Origin: Myxococcales bacterium
GTDB taxonomy: Bacteria; Myxococcota_A; UBA9160; UBA4427
Direction: 5' to 3'
NCBI GenBank assembly: GCA_022563535.1
Contig: JADFNE010000005.1
Span: 46,397-110,396, forward strand
DNA length: 64,000 bases
Shown here: positions 17,337 to 28,130 of the stretch, in pieces
How positions within the stretch are numbered: position 1 is the stretch's first letter
Layout: every line of letters begins with the position of its first letter
Program-made: the position numbers and the translations under genes
The notes under the pieces: generated by a model
Database searches by the model: none
Told to the model about the DNA's origin: nothing
Seen by the model: the letters and a program-made list of their open reading frames with translations, nothing else

Positions 17337-18418
17337 AACACCCAGCCAATCTCAAAGACCACGGGCTGACCTCCCTGCGCAAGCGGTTTGTCGCCGAGGG
17401 CGTTCCCGCCTATCGGGCCAACCAGGTGATGAGCTGGCTCTACAAGCGCGGCATTGACGATATCCAGCAGATGACCGATCTCTCGGTCGAACTGCGGGAG
17501 TCGCTGGCCGAGCACTGGGAAACCCGCGCCATCGAGGTGCGGACGCTGCAAAAGTCGGTCGACGGTACGCGAAAACTGGCGCTTGCGACCCGGGACGGAA
17601 AGCTCATCGAGGCGGTGATCATTCCAGAAGAGCGCCGGAACACGTTGTGCATCTCGACCCAGATCGGCTGTTCGCTGGCCTGCGATTTTTGCGCCACCGG
17701 TGACATGGGCTTCACCCGCAATCTCACCACCGCCGAGATCATCGATCAAATTTTTCGTGCCCGTGAAGTCCTGGATGATCAAGCCGAAGAGGGCGAAGAA
17801 CGCATAGAGGGCGAGATCACCAACGTAGTGTTTATGGGCATGGGGGAACCGCTGTTGAATCTGCCCGCGGTGAAAGAAGCGATCGACATCATGATCGACC
17901 CGCGCGGGATGGGTTTGGCACCGAGAAGGATCACCGTGTCGACCGCGGGGGTGGTTCCGAAGATCTCCGAACTGATTGCAATTGCGCCCATCAACCTGGC
18001 GGTATCGCTGCACGCCACGACTGATGCCGTGCGCGATATCCTGGTCCCGATCAACAAGAAGTTCCCGCTGGCGGTTCTGCTCGGCCTGCTGCGCAGTGAT
18101 CCCAACGTAACGCGCAAGCGGCCTGTCTTCTTCGAGTACACCTTGCTCGCGGGGGTGAACGATTCCCAGGACGACGCCCGCCGGCTGCCCGAATTGCTGC
18201 GCGGCATCCCCTGCAAGATCAATTTGATCCCGGCGAACTCCCACCCGGGAGGGCGCTATCGCGCACCCGATCAGGACGTCATGGACCGATTCGCCGCGCG
18301 CGTCCACGCCAGCGGGATGCGGGTCACGTTGCGTCGCAGCCGGGGAGCCGATATCGCCGCGGCCTGCGGTCAGCTGGCCAACACCGCGATTGAGCCCTCA
18401 GCCCAAAGTCTCCAGTAG
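17333..18418 (+). CDS. rlmN: 23S rRNA/tRNA (adenine-C2)-methyltransferase, radical SAM
   Basis: FVAEGVPAYRANQVMSWLYKRG; CISTQIGCSLACDFCATG; VFMGMGEPLLN. The GTG at 17333 overlaps the trmB stop (GTGA); the ORF opens at 17249. Confidence 0.9.
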   Translation: MKHPANLKDHGLTSLRKRFVAEGVPAYRANQVMSWLYKRGIDDIQQMTDLSVELRESLAEHWETRAIEVRTLQKSVDGTRKLALATRDGKLIEAVIIPEERRNTLCISTQIGCSLACDFCATGDMGFTRNLTTAEIIDQIFRAREVLDDQAEEGEERIEGEITNVVFMGMGEPLLNLPAVKEAIDIMIDPRGMGLAPRRITVSTAGVVPKISELIAIAPINLAVSLHATTDAVRDILVPINKKFPLAVLLGLLRSDPNVTRKRPVFFEYTLLAGVNDSQDDARRLPELLRGIPCKINLIPANSHPGGRYRAPDQDVMDRFAARVHASGMRVTLRRSRGADIAAACGQLANTAIEPSAQSLQ

Positions 18419-18593
18419 ATCCTCCCAGGGGTATCGAAAAACCGCCTGAGTAAATCGCTCGGGGGTTTCTCCAAGCGGCAATCTGGGCATTTCACTGTGC
18501 ATCCTGGGTGTCAATGACGTTGAATTCCGGGTGGTTGCGCGTCAAGTCTTCGATTCTAACCGCCGATATAGGGTTGGGGGGAATCGACACCTC

Positions 18594-19265
18594 ATGCTTT
18601 ACGCCTTTGGTGATGTTCACGGCGAGTTGGACAAGCTTGACGAACTGCTGGATTCGTTGCCTTTACGCGACGGCGATCGGCTGATCTTTCTCGGCGACTA
18701 TGTCGACCGGGGGCGAGACGCCCGCGGTGTGATCGATCGGCTGATCGAAGTGCAAAAACACTGGCCGTGCGTATTCCTGCTGGGCAATCACGAGTCCATG
18801 TTTCTCGACTTCCTCGGTTGGACGGACGCGGCCTACTTCGGCGGCGAAGCCTTCTTGATGAATGGCGGCGATCAAACTCTCGAGAGCTACGGCTTCTTCG
18901 AAGAGACCGACAAGAAGAAGTACCAGCTTCCCAAAGACCACGAGGATTTCCTGCTCGGCCTCAAGTTGTTTCACCGGGAAGGGGACTACCTGTTCGTGCA
19001 CGCGGGCATCAACCGCTCGCTCCTGCGCGAACGCGACGTCGCTTACGTCCTGCACAAGGTCAAGGTCGAGGACCTGTTGTGGAACCGATCGACTTGCGAT
19101 CTTCCGCACAACATGCCGGTGACCGTCGTCTACGGACACACCCCGACCGAAGACTTCGAAGTCCGCTGGAACCTCCCGTTCAGTGTGGGAATCGACACCG
19201 GAGCCGTCTACGGCGGGCCTCTTACGGCGCTGCGCCTGCCGGACGAAACGCTGTTCCAGGTCTAG
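18594..19265 (+). CDS. Metallophosphoesterase (PPP-family Ser/Thr phosphatase 1 / ApaH-like)
   Basis: MLYAFGDVHGELDKL...LIFLGDYVDRGRD...FLLGNHE...FVHAG...GHTP. Confidence 0.8.
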   Translation: MLYAFGDVHGELDKLDELLDSLPLRDGDRLIFLGDYVDRGRDARGVIDRLIEVQKHWPCVFLLGNHESMFLDFLGWTDAAYFGGEAFLMNGGDQTLESYGFFEETDKKKYQLPKDHEDFLLGLKLFHREGDYLFVHAGINRSLLRERDVAYVLHKVKVEDLLWNRSTCDLPHNMPVTVVYGHTPTEDFEVRWNLPFSVGIDTGAVYGGPLTALRLPDETLFQV

Positions 19266-19305
19266 CTGGCGCCGTCCGTACCCGTTCCCGGACTACGCTG
19301 TCGTA

Positions 19306-21492
19306 CTACGTGGACGATTTCCCCGCCACCCAACTCTCGCGCTGCTTCAACTCGGGAACCATGATTGGGGTTCCCTTCTGCAGCGACGCAAAGTCGAGGT
19401 CCGGGTTGTACTGTCGCAGCAGCCAAAGCGGGATGCGGTAGTCCTTCTCCGCAAGCTTCCAAACCGAATCGCCTCTGCGCGCAATGTGGGTTCGCGTTCC
19501 CTCGATCTCATAGCGTTCGAAGAAGGCTTCCTGAATGGAGCGGTGGTAGTTCTGTCGCCGCGCTTCGAATGTTTCCCTTTCGGTCTGGCTCAAGTCGATT
19601 GCGATCCGCTGGCCGATCGCAATTGCGCGACCGTAGGGAATGTCGTTGATGCGCCGTAGACGACTCGCTCGGATGTTCAGCCATTCGGCGTAGTGTCCGA
19701 GAGTTTCGGCTCCCTGGACCTCGATCGTATCGTCGTTCGCCACGCCGTATTCACTCGGGTCGGCGAGCAGCTCGGTCAATTCGCTCAGCGCCGGGTCTTC
19801 AGCGGTCGCAACGAGCACGCCGCCCTGCATGGGTTCGAGCGCTTCGGCGGGGCGCTTGGGCGGATTGGACAGGGTCGCGATCGCGTCGGGATGCGGCCCG
19901 GTGGTCGCTGCCGCCATCACCGACTTCGCCGGGGATTTGCGCAAATTCAGCGTTTGACCGGGGTAGATACGATTGCGGTTGCGCAGGTGATTGGCGTCGA
20001 GGATGTCCAACTCGTTCAGGCCAAAGCGGCTGGCGATTCGCGACACCGTATCGCCGCGCCGGACCGTGTACTGGCCCGATGCAGGTACCTCGGCTCTCGC
20101 CGGCGGGCGCGAAGATTGATTCGCCATCGCGTGGCGAACAGTTCGTCCGTTGTCGGGAAGCTTGAGTTTTTGGCCCACTCGAATCTTGTGGCGACTGCGC
20201 AAACCGTTGATCGCGACCAACTGGCTGACGCTGACCCGGAACCTTCGGGCGATCGTCGAAAGGGTGTCGCCCCGGCGTACCCGGTAGTCCAGGTCTTTCG
20301 TCTGTGCAGCGTGACGTTGGGTGTCCGGGATCGATTCGAGAGCGAGTTCGACCGGGCGGGCGAGTAGGCTTTGGGGAACGCGCAGGGGAAAGTGTCGCGG
20401 AATGTATTTTGCGCCCCGCCACACCGCCGGTCGCAGAGATGGATTGGAAGTTTCGAGGGTTGAACGCTCAATTCCGAGCGCGCTACACAACGCGGCCGGC
20501 GTCGTGTAAAAGGGCACCTCGAAGGACGCGTAGTCGATGGGTGCGTCGAGTTCGAGCGGCCCGAAGTATTGCTGGAAGTTCGAACTCACCTCGGATGCAG
20601 CCAACAGTTCAACGTAAAAATTTCGTGAGGCGAAACCAAAGGTTCGGCTCTTGTAGTTGCGGTTGATCGCGACGATGTCTTTGGTGCCGAGCTTGCGCGC
20701 AGCCCGGCGCATTCCGGAGGCGCCGTGGTTGTAGGCCGTGATGGCCAATGGCCAGCTGCCCGTCACTTTGCGGTTCTGGGCGAGCAGGCGGGCCGCGGCG
20801 ACCGTGGCTCGGAACGGGTCGAGGCGTTCATCGATTACGTGATCAATTCTGAGGAACCGCCGTCCCGTCGAACGCGTGAACTGCCACAGGCCGGCCGCAC
20901 CGACCCGGGAGTAGGCCCAGGGGGTAAACGATGACTCTACGTGGGGCAGGGCGGTGAGTTCCAGCGGCAGGCCGTGAGCTTTGAAGACCTGCTCGATATG
21001 GCTCTTCCAACGGCCAGATCGCACGATCCCAGCGCGAAATTTGTCCGCCTGTCCGAGCTGAAAGCGCAGCCGGTTCCTGGCCGCGCGCAGTTCCTTGTTG
21101 CTCACGCCGCGGGGCCAGAGTGACAACACCCGGGCTTCCTCGGCAGTGAGTCCAGTGCGCTTGCCCTTGGACAAGCTGATGAGAATCTTGCGGTAGCCAG
21201 CTTTGATCTTGTCGCTCCAGCGTTCCCTTGCCCGCCCGCTGAGGCCGCTGGGGATCTTCGCCACTTCGTAGACGACACCGAGATGCCGGGAGTCGTGGAT
21301 CAGACCGCTCCCGGTCGTGACCTCGGAGTAGACCCGGACCCAGAATTGGATGTCGTCGGCGAGTTCGGGAGGGCGCGGCAACACGATGGGGCTGGAAAGC
21401 TCGGTGCACGTCGCAACCGTGGCCCCGGTCATCGCGACTGCCATCACTGCGACCACAATTACAAAGTGAAACGTGCGAAGGAATCGCGTCAT
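19306..21492 (-). CDS. mltD: Membrane-bound lytic murein transglycosylase D-like (SLT domain + LysM repeats)
   Basis: Signal peptide MTRFLRTFHFVIVVAVMAVAMTGATVATC. SLT motif LPHVESSFTPWAYSRVGAAGLWQF. LysM repeats YRVRRGDTLSTIARRF, YTVRRGDTVSRIASRF, HIARRGDSVWKLAEKD. ATG at 21492 preferred over TTG at 21513. Confidence 0.85.
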   Translation of the reverse strand: MTRFLRTFHFVIVVAVMAVAMTGATVATCTELSSPIVLPRPPELADDIQFWVRVYSEVTTGSGLIHDSRHLGVVYEVAKIPSGLSGRARERWSDKIKAGYRKILISLSKGKRTGLTAEEARVLSLWPRGVSNKELRAARNRLRFQLGQADKFRAGIVRSGRWKSHIEQVFKAHGLPLELTALPHVESSFTPWAYSRVGAAGLWQFTRSTGRRFLRIDHVIDERLDPFRATVAAARLLAQNRKVTGSWPLAITAYNHGASGMRRAARKLGTKDIVAINRNYKSRTFGFASRNFYVELLAASEVSSNFQQYFGPLELDAPIDYASFEVPFYTTPAALCSALGIERSTLETSNPSLRPAVWRGAKYIPRHFPLRVPQSLLARPVELALESIPDTQRHAAQTKDLDYRVRRGDTLSTIARRFRVSVSQLVAINGLRSRHKIRVGQKLKLPDNGRTVRHAMANQSSRPPARAEVPASGQYTVRRGDTVSRIASRFGLNELDILDANHLRNRNRIYPGQTLNLRKSPAKSVMAAATTGPHPDAIATLSNPPKRPAEALEPMQGGVLVATAEDPALSELTELLADPSEYGVANDDTIEVQGAETLGHYAEWLNIRASRLRRINDIPYGRAIAIGQRIAIDLSQTERETFEARRQNYHRSIQEAFFERYEIEGTRTHIARRGDSVWKLAEKDYRIPLWLLRQYNPDLDFASLQKGTPIMVPELKQRESWVAGKSST

Positions 21493-21650
21493 CGGTCCCT
21501 CACCAATCGGCAACTTCAGTTGGAAATTGAATACACAACAAGAGAGTTGATCCCGGGGGGGCGGTGGGGGTTCTCATTAAATTTGATGGCGCAGCGCGCT
21601 GATACTTCTAACCCTTCTGTGCGCGAGTTCCAGGGTTCTCGCTCAATTGA

Positions 21651-23177
21651 TTACTTCTTGCGCCCTTTTCGGCGCGACTTTTTCGCTTGTTTCTGCTTTT
21701 TCTTGCGATCCGCGGTGGAGGTCCGTCGCTTGGTGCGGCCGATGGGGCTTGCTCCCCCACCCAACATTGCCATCGGATCGAAGCCGGGCATTCCGCCCAC
21801 ACCGGGCAGGCTCGGCATTCCGCCTCCCATGCCCGGCATCCCGCCCGTGAGCTTTCCCATCAGGCCACTCTGCTGCCCGAGCATCGCCATCATTCCCTTC
21901 ATCTGCTCGAAGCGCTTGAGCAGATCGGTGACTTCCTTGGGTTTGCGGCCGCTGCCCGCCGCGATGCGCGTGGTTCGACTCTTGTTGATCAGCGAGGGAA
22001 CCTGTCGTTCGCCGGGGGTCATCGAGCCGACCATGGCTTTGACCTTGACCAGCTCTCCTTCATCGACCTGCTCCGCCATTCCGCCCATGCCGGGCATGCG
22101 CGCGAAAATTTCTTTGACCGGTCCCATTTTCTGGAGGGTCTGGAGTTGGGAAATGAGATCTTCCAGGGTGAACTGGCCCTTGAGGATCCGCTCGGCGTCT
22201 TCCTCGGCCTGTTTTTCGTCGACGACCTCTTCGAAATCCTTGACCAGGCCGACGATGTCCCCCATTCCGAGGATGCGTGACGCGAGGCCTTCGGGGCGAA
22301 ACTCTTCGAGGCGGTCCAGTGTCTCGCCGGTGCCCAGGAACTTGATCGAGATTCCCGTGACCGCCTTGACCGACAGCGCTGCCCCACCCCGGGCATCGCC
22401 GTCGAGCTTGGTCATGCAGATGCCGTCGATCTGGAGTTTCGCGCTGAAGGCTTCGGCGTGGCTGACGGCGTCGCGGCCCATCAGTGCATCGCAGACCAGC
22501 AGGGTGTTGGCCGGGGCGACAGCGGCGTCGATCTGTTGCAGTTCGTTCATCAGATCTTCGTCTGCGGCCAGTCGACCTGCGGTGTCGTAGATGATCGCGT
22601 TGCGGCCGTCGCGCCTGGCCCGCTCCTTTGCCTCGCGACAGATCTCCGCTGGCAACTGACCAACGCTTCCGGTGTGCACGGGAATCTCGATGGATTCGCC
22701 CAGGGTCTTGAGCTGATCGACCGCGGCGGGTCGATAGATATCCGCGGCGACCAACAGGGGCTTCCGGCCCTGGTTTTTGAGATACTTGGCGAGCTTGGCC
22801 GCGATGGTCGTCTTGCCGACGCCCTGGAGTCCGACCAACATGATCGAGATGGCGCCGTCCTTGCGGGCCAGCTCGGTCTCGACCGGCCCCATCAGGTTGA
22901 CGAGTTCTTCTTTACAGATGCCGACAAAATGTTGGCCCGTAGAGACCTTGAGCTTGCGTCCCCCGCGTTCTCGGGCGTAGGTCTTTACTTTTTCGCCGAG
23001 GGCGCGCTGTTTTACACGTTCCAGGAAATCTTTGGCGACCTGGAAATCGACGTCGGCTTCGAGCAGTGAGCGTCGGACGTCCGCGAGCGAATCCGCGATA
23101 TTCTCATCCGAGAGCTCGCGAATTCCGCGCAATCGTTCTGTCGCGGTTTTGAATCCTTGGCTGACTGTTTCGAGCAC
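21651..23177 (-). CDS. ffh: Signal recognition particle protein Ffh (with long Gly/Met-rich and polybasic C-terminal tail)
   Basis: LVGLQGVGKTTIAAKLAKYL...DTAGRL...TKLDGDARGGAALS. M-domain. Tail ...RKKKQKQAKKSRRKGRKK. Confidence 0.95.
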   Translation of the reverse strand: MLETVSQGFKTATERLRGIRELSDENIADSLADVRRSLLEADVDFQVAKDFLERVKQRALGEKVKTYARERGGRKLKVSTGQHFVGICKEELVNLMGPVETELARKDGAISIMLVGLQGVGKTTIAAKLAKYLKNQGRKPLLVAADIYRPAAVDQLKTLGESIEIPVHTGSVGQLPAEICREAKERARRDGRNAIIYDTAGRLAADEDLMNELQQIDAAVAPANTLLVCDALMGRDAVSHAEAFSAKLQIDGICMTKLDGDARGGAALSVKAVTGISIKFLGTGETLDRLEEFRPEGLASRILGMGDIVGLVKDFEEVVDEKQAEEDAERILKGQFTLEDLISQLQTLQKMGPVKEIFARMPGMGGMAEQVDEGELVKVKAMVGSMTPGERQVPSLINKSRTTRIAAGSGRKPKEVTDLLKRFEQMKGMMAMLGQQSGLMGKLTGGMPGMGGGMPSLPGVGGMPGFDPMAMLGGGASPIGRTKRRTSTADRKKKQKQAKKSRRKGRKK

Positions 23178-23411
23178 AGTGGTCCTCCGGGCCGCAGACT
23201 CTAGCAGCCAGCTTGAGCGCTACTGCAAACTCGCTGTGCAATCGCCTTGCCCCGGGTGAATTCGCCGTGCATGATTGCAGTGGGTCTGATCTCAGACGCG
23301 ATGAATGGGCGCCGGAGGAAGAGGAATGCAGGTGCAGGTGGAAACACGAGTGGCCGGTCGAGTTGCCATCGCGGAAGCCGACGTTCTCGTCGTCCTTGAC
23401 TGAGCGAAGCC

Positions 23412-24305
23412 GTGTTTTCTCGCAACACTCGCGCTGAATCGACTCCGAAGGCGGGTTTCCTCGCCTCACGGGACCGAGAGCAGGTGCTCACCTATCTGCG
23501 AGCCGATCCGCGGCTCAATCTTCAGTTGCTCGACCTGATCGACCGCGATTCCGATCAAGCGACCGCGCCGGAAACCGTGCCCGTCGTGCTCGTGGCGTGG
23601 CTTGGGGCCAAAGTGGTCGGCGTGGCTTCGCTGCGGCCGACCTTGCTGTTCGATGCGCACCTGGCGCGGCCGGCTCTGCGAGCCTTTCTTCCGTTCTTCA
23701 GCTCGATCGAGACCGGGCTGCTGAAGAGCCTCGACAGCGTGGTCACCGATCTTTGGGATCTGCTCGAATCCACAGGACGCAGGACATTGATCGATCGCTA
23801 CGAGATCGCTTTCTCGATTGGAGCGGGAGAACTCGAGCGAACTTCCCTGCCCGAGGGTGCGGTGTTGCGCCAGGCGGTCGAAAGCGATCTCGACGAGCTG
23901 GTCTACGCCGCAAGGGCGAGTCTGCGCGAAGAGAAGCGGCCGGATCCCGGGGAGCGCGATCCCGTGGGATTTGAACGCTGGGTGCGCGGGCGGCTCGAGC
24001 GAGCTCGTGTCATCGAGATCGGGGGGCGCCTGGCCTTCGTCGGCTATGCGGACGTTCGCCGCAGCGAGGGTTGGCTGGTCCAGGGGGTCTTCACCTGGCC
24101 CGAAATGCGCCGTCAGGGACTTGCGGCTGCAGCCATGGCCGGGCTTGTGCGCGAGGCCCTCGATGCTGGCGCAGATCACGTTCAATTGGCGGTCGTCGAG
24201 GGGAACGAAGCCGCGCTGAACTTGTACCGCGGACTCGGATTTCGCTCGTTCGCGCGCCTGCGAACGGTACTCTTTGTCGGAGACGCCGGGGCCGCGTCGC
24301 GGTAG
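23412..24305 (+). CDS. GNAT-family N-acetyltransferase
   Basis: C-terminal acetyl-CoA fold: WPEMRRQGLAAAAMAGLV...VQLAVVEGNEAALNLYRGLGFRSF. Confidence 0.7.
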   Translation: MFSRNTRAESTPKAGFLASRDREQVLTYLRADPRLNLQLLDLIDRDSDQATAPETVPVVLVAWLGAKVVGVASLRPTLLFDAHLARPALRAFLPFFSSIETGLLKSLDSVVTDLWDLLESTGRRTLIDRYEIAFSIGAGELERTSLPEGAVLRQAVESDLDELVYAARASLREEKRPDPGERDPVGFERWVRGRLERARVIEIGGRLAFVGYADVRRSEGWLVQGVFTWPEMRRQGLAAAAMAGLVREALDAGADHVQLAVVEGNEAALNLYRGLGFRSFARLRTVLFVGDAGAASR

Positions 24306-24400
24306 CACCTCCGAAGCCAGCTGATCGCGCACGGATCGATCTGAAGTGTGCGGTTGAAGTGCGGCATTTCGAACTGCGGCGATCTGAATTACGGGAAAAA

Positions 24401-27085
24401 ATGGCAGAACGAGAAATCATCGAAGTGGGAGACTCGAAACCTCCAGACGGAACGGACGAGCGGTCGTCGGGTCGCGATCCCTTTACGGCGATGGTGCCCG
24501 GCTTCAATCTGTTCGTGCGCTGGTTCGCACGGCGCTACTTCCGCCATTTCGAGCTGGATGCTGCAAAGGTCGAGCAACTGCGGGAGATGGAAAACCGCGG
24601 CGCGGTCGTATACGTGATGCGCTACTCGAGTCGGCTCGACTACTTCTTGCTCAACACCCTGTTCGCCCGTGAAGGCCTGCGGCTCTCAGCCTTCGCCAAC
24701 GGGATCAACTTCCACTATTTCGGAAAGCTGTGGATCGCGCTGCGGGCATCGTTCAACCGGGAACGGGGGCGCACGGGAAAAGATCGGCGCCAGTCCGATC
24801 GCCAACACGCTCGCCGTCTGGCCCTGGGCGGACAGTCGCAGTTCTTGTTTCTGCGCACCGAACGTCTCAAGAGTTTTTTGCGCGGGCGTAAGGGCGCCCA
24901 GAAAACCCATGAATTGAATCTGCTCCAGGAAGTGGTCCAGGCGGTTTGGGACACGGATCGCCCGGTCTACGTCGTGCCGGTGGCCTTGTTTTGGCGCAAG
25001 GGCCCCCGGGCCGAGAGCCGTTTTTTGAACCTGTCCTACGGTGCACTCTCTCGTCCTTCGGACATCGCCAAGGTCAGTTCGTTTCTCGCGACGTATCGCA
25101 GTCTGTCGGTAAAGATCGGCGAGGCGGTCGATCTCCAGGGGTTCATTGAAAGTCACCGCGCAGAAGGCCCGGCCCTGCTGGCACGCAAGGTCAGGCGTTC
25201 GATTTTGATTTACTTGTTCCGCGAAGAAAAGGTCGTCGAAGGACCGACCCTGCGCCCCCGCTATCGCGTCCAGCGCGAAGTCCTGGCCGACTCCGCTGTG
25301 AGGGACGCAATGCTGCAGCGCGCGATCGATCGCAGTTGGTCCGCCGAGCGGGTGCAGGCGGACGCGGAAAAGATCTTCTCCGAAATCGCGGCTTCGATGA
25401 ATTCAACTGTGCTCGCGGCGATGAACTCGATCGTGAGCTGGCTCTTCCGTCGCATGTTTACTTCCATCGAGATCTACGGTTTCGAGAAGGTCGTAGATAA
25501 CGCCAGGCAGCGTCCGGTGGTACTGGTGCCCAGCCATCGATCGTATTTCGATTTCCTGATTCTATCGGTGATGCTCTACGGCAAATTCATGCTTCCGCCC
25601 CACATCGCGGCGCGGGAGAATATGGCCTTCGGTCCGTTTGGCTTCATCTTTCGCCGGGTCGGCGCTTTCTTCATGCGGCGCACGTTCGATGATGCGCTGT
25701 ACAAGGAGATCTTTCGCTCCTACGTGGGTTATCTGGTGCGCGAGGGGTTCACCCAGGAGTTTTTCATCGAGGGGGGGCGTTCGCGGACGGGAAAGACGCT
25801 GCCGCCGCGTCTGGGCATGTTGACCTGGGACGTCGACGCCTTCATCGACAGTCACCAACACGACCTCGTCTTCATCCCGGTGGCGATCACGTACGAACGA
25901 TTGGTGGAAGAGAGTTCCATTCTCGACGAACTGTCCGGCGGGACCAAGACCAAAGAAAGTGTGCTCAATCTGGTACGTGCGCGTAAATATCTCGAGCGTC
26001 GCTTTGGCAGCGTGCACGTGTGTTTTGGCGAACCCATCTCGTTGGCCGACGTCCTGGGCGATCGGCGCGAAGTCTATCGGCAGTCCGGCCCCGAGGATCG
26101 GGAAATCGAAGCCGAGAAGCGGGATGTCATCGAGGCCCTGGGCTGGCGGATTGTCGAGCAGATCAATTGGTCCTTCGTCGCCAATGCAACCTCGGTCTCC
26201 GCGTGTGCGGTCATGGGTTCACCGCATCGCGGCGTGCGACGAGTTGAACTCGTTGAACACATTCGCGTCATCGTCGACCTGCTCAAGTTGCAGAAGACCC
26301 GCATGACCCGGGCATTGCTCGCGGACCAAAAGTCGTTCGAGGAGTCGATCTCGTTCTTGCTGCGAAACGATCTGCTGAAGAGTCGCGAAGATTCGGGGGG
26401 CGAGATTCTCTATTTCGACGAATCCCGTCGCACGGCGCTCGATCTCTATCGCAACGCGGTCGCCCATTTTCTGGCAACGCCCAGTTTTCTCGCCCGGCGA
26501 TTGCTGACCGGGGCAGACGGAGACGCACTGCGCCGGGACCTGGTTCAGTGGCAGAAGCTCTTCTATCAAGAGTTCTATTCTCCAGAGACCGAAGTGTCGG
26601 CGTCTCAGTGCGAGGCATTCCTGGGGCATTTCGTGGAGCGGGGTTGGATCACCCACAATGACGATGTCTGGTCGACCACGGGCGCGGGCCGCCCCGTCTT
26701 CGAAAATCTTGCAGAGCAGACTCGGAGCGTCGTAGATGTTTACGATCTCTCCTGCGACGTGGCCGCGCAGCTAGAAACCGTCGTCACCCGGGCGGAGTTC
26801 TACGATCGAGTCTCGGAGGCCTTCGAAGGGGCCTCGATCATCGGCAATGTGCGCCGTCGCGAAGCCGCCAACACCACCACCTTCTCGAATGCGGTCGACC
26901 TGCTCCTGCACAGAGGCGTCTTGACCGAACATCGGCGCGACGTCCCAGACAAGAAGGGCAGAAGTGCTGCGGTTCGGGAGAAGAAAGGCAAGCCGAAGCG
27001 ACAGGAGCGGGTGCTCACCCGAGCGGAAGATCCCGAAGCGCTGAGAGCGTTGCGCGTCGCTCTCGCAGTATCGGGTCCGCTCTAG
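24401..27085 (+). CDS. plsB: Glycerol-3-phosphate acyltransferase PlsB
   Basis: The ATG at 24401 gives MAEREIIEVG... HX4D motif VLVPSHRSYFDFLILS. FFIEGGRSRTGK. IPVAITYERL. The ORF's upstream extension (from 24071) overlaps the GNAT gene. Confidence 0.85.
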   Translation: MAEREIIEVGDSKPPDGTDERSSGRDPFTAMVPGFNLFVRWFARRYFRHFELDAAKVEQLREMENRGAVVYVMRYSSRLDYFLLNTLFAREGLRLSAFANGINFHYFGKLWIALRASFNRERGRTGKDRRQSDRQHARRLALGGQSQFLFLRTERLKSFLRGRKGAQKTHELNLLQEVVQAVWDTDRPVYVVPVALFWRKGPRAESRFLNLSYGALSRPSDIAKVSSFLATYRSLSVKIGEAVDLQGFIESHRAEGPALLARKVRRSILIYLFREEKVVEGPTLRPRYRVQREVLADSAVRDAMLQRAIDRSWSAERVQADAEKIFSEIAASMNSTVLAAMNSIVSWLFRRMFTSIEIYGFEKVVDNARQRPVVLVPSHRSYFDFLILSVMLYGKFMLPPHIAARENMAFGPFGFIFRRVGAFFMRRTFDDALYKEIFRSYVGYLVREGFTQEFFIEGGRSRTGKTLPPRLGMLTWDVDAFIDSHQHDLVFIPVAITYERLVEESSILDELSGGTKTKESVLNLVRARKYLERRFGSVHVCFGEPISLADVLGDRREVYRQSGPEDREIEAEKRDVIEALGWRIVEQINWSFVANATSVSACAVMGSPHRGVRRVELVEHIRVIVDLLKLQKTRMTRALLADQKSFEESISFLLRNDLLKSREDSGGEILYFDESRRTALDLYRNAVAHFLATPSFLARRLLTGADGDALRRDLVQWQKLFYQEFYSPETEVSASQCEAFLGHFVERGWITHNDDVWSTTGAGRPVFENLAEQTRSVVDVYDLSCDVAAQLETVVTRAEFYDRVSEAFEGASIIGNVRRREAANTTTFSNAVDLLLHRGVLTEHRRDVPDKKGRSAAVREKKGKPKRQERVLTRAEDPEALRALRVALAVSGPL

Positions 27086-27091
27086 CCCGGA

Positions 27092-27964
27092 TTATTCATG
27101 AAGCTCCTGCTGAATGATCAGCGTCGCCACTCCCGCCGGTTTGCTCTTCAGCGTACATACCCGGGTCCCGGCCTTGTGTCCCTCGCGAATTTCACTGACC
27201 TCGAGTCCCGCCTTTGCGATGCGTTCGGATGCGGCGTCGATGTCATCTACGCGATACGCCAGTCCCCAGAGTCGATCGCCTTTCGCGGGTTCGTCTGTCT
27301 GATTGCCGAGCGGGGTGCCGATTTCGATGGTGAAGTGGCCGAGTCGGAAGAACAAGATCCGTGTTTTTCGCTTTTCGAATGTTCGGTCCAGCGCCAGCCG
27401 AATTCCGAGCTTGGTTCCGTAGAGGTCGATCGCGCGCTCTGCATCCCCGCTGAAGATCACCACGTGGTCTCCGCCCATGACAGCGGCTCGCTCGCCGTCA
27501 ATCGCTAGCGATGGCGGCAACTCTTCCGGTGCGGAGAGCCACTCGACAAGGTGGATTCGCACGCCGGCGGACTCGGCGGGGTCGAGAACGCTTTGGAGGA
27601 AGCGTCGAAATGCGCCGGACGGTTCGTCTTTCGTGAGTCCTTCCACAGGTTCGCTCGGATTGAGCCCGTGATCGCGCAACTCCTCGACCGTGGCCGCGAG
27701 GTCGTCACTTGCCAGATGCAGCGCGTGCAAGCCGCCGCCGCGTGCTTCGATCTGCACTCGCAACGCGTTGCAAGTGGCGGTGTCACCCAGCGGGGAGAGC
27801 AGTTCGATGCATACATTGTCGAGCCGGAACAACACACACGCGGTTTCGTCACCGGGGTAGCCCCCCACCCACGCGGGACTGCGGCCGAGAACCTGCATCA
27901 TTTCCTTCTGCGCGCGGCCGAGGTCCTCGACAGCAATCGAAATCCGATCGGTTCGCTGCAACAC
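27092..27964 (-). CDS. Two-domain VOC (glyoxalase/bleomycin-resistance/dioxygenase) family protein, methylmalonyl-CoA-epimerase-like
   Basis: ISIAVEDLGRAQKEM...CIELLSPLG and VVIFSGDAERAIDLY...FTIEIGTPLG. GTG at 27964 chosen because the full ORF (to 28180) would overlap hisI. Confidence 0.65.
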   Translation of the reverse strand: MLQRTDRISIAVEDLGRAQKEMMQVLGRSPAWVGGYPGDETACVLFRLDNVCIELLSPLGDTATCNALRVQIEARGGGLHALHLASDDLAATVEELRDHGLNPSEPVEGLTKDEPSGAFRRFLQSVLDPAESAGVRIHLVEWLSAPEELPPSLAIDGERAAVMGGDHVVIFSGDAERAIDLYGTKLGIRLALDRTFEKRKTRILFFRLGHFTIEIGTPLGNQTDEPAKGDRLWGLAYRVDDIDAASERIAKAGLEVSEIREGHKAGTRVCTLKSKPAGVATLIIQQELHE

Positions 27965-28130
27965 AGAGACACCTTTCCTATCCACCGACCCACCATAGCA
28001 GCAGCCCTTCCGCCCCGACTCTCCTGCCAAGGGACCCCCTCGCCGATTCTGGCGCCCCCGCACAAATAAAATGACACCCCAAAGCTGGCTGCTAGCGGGC
28101 CTCTCCACTTCCCGGTAGCCTCGCCCCCCC

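Noticed and set aside
21283-22590. 435-aa plus-strand ORF
   Set aside because: It is antisense to ffh, has low-complexity Pro/Ser/Arg-rich translation and contains no domain.
24071-24400. Upstream extension of the plsB ORF
   Set aside because: It overlaps the 3' end of the GNAT gene in another frame and is Arg/Gly-rich. The ATG at 24401 gives a sensible PlsB N-terminus.
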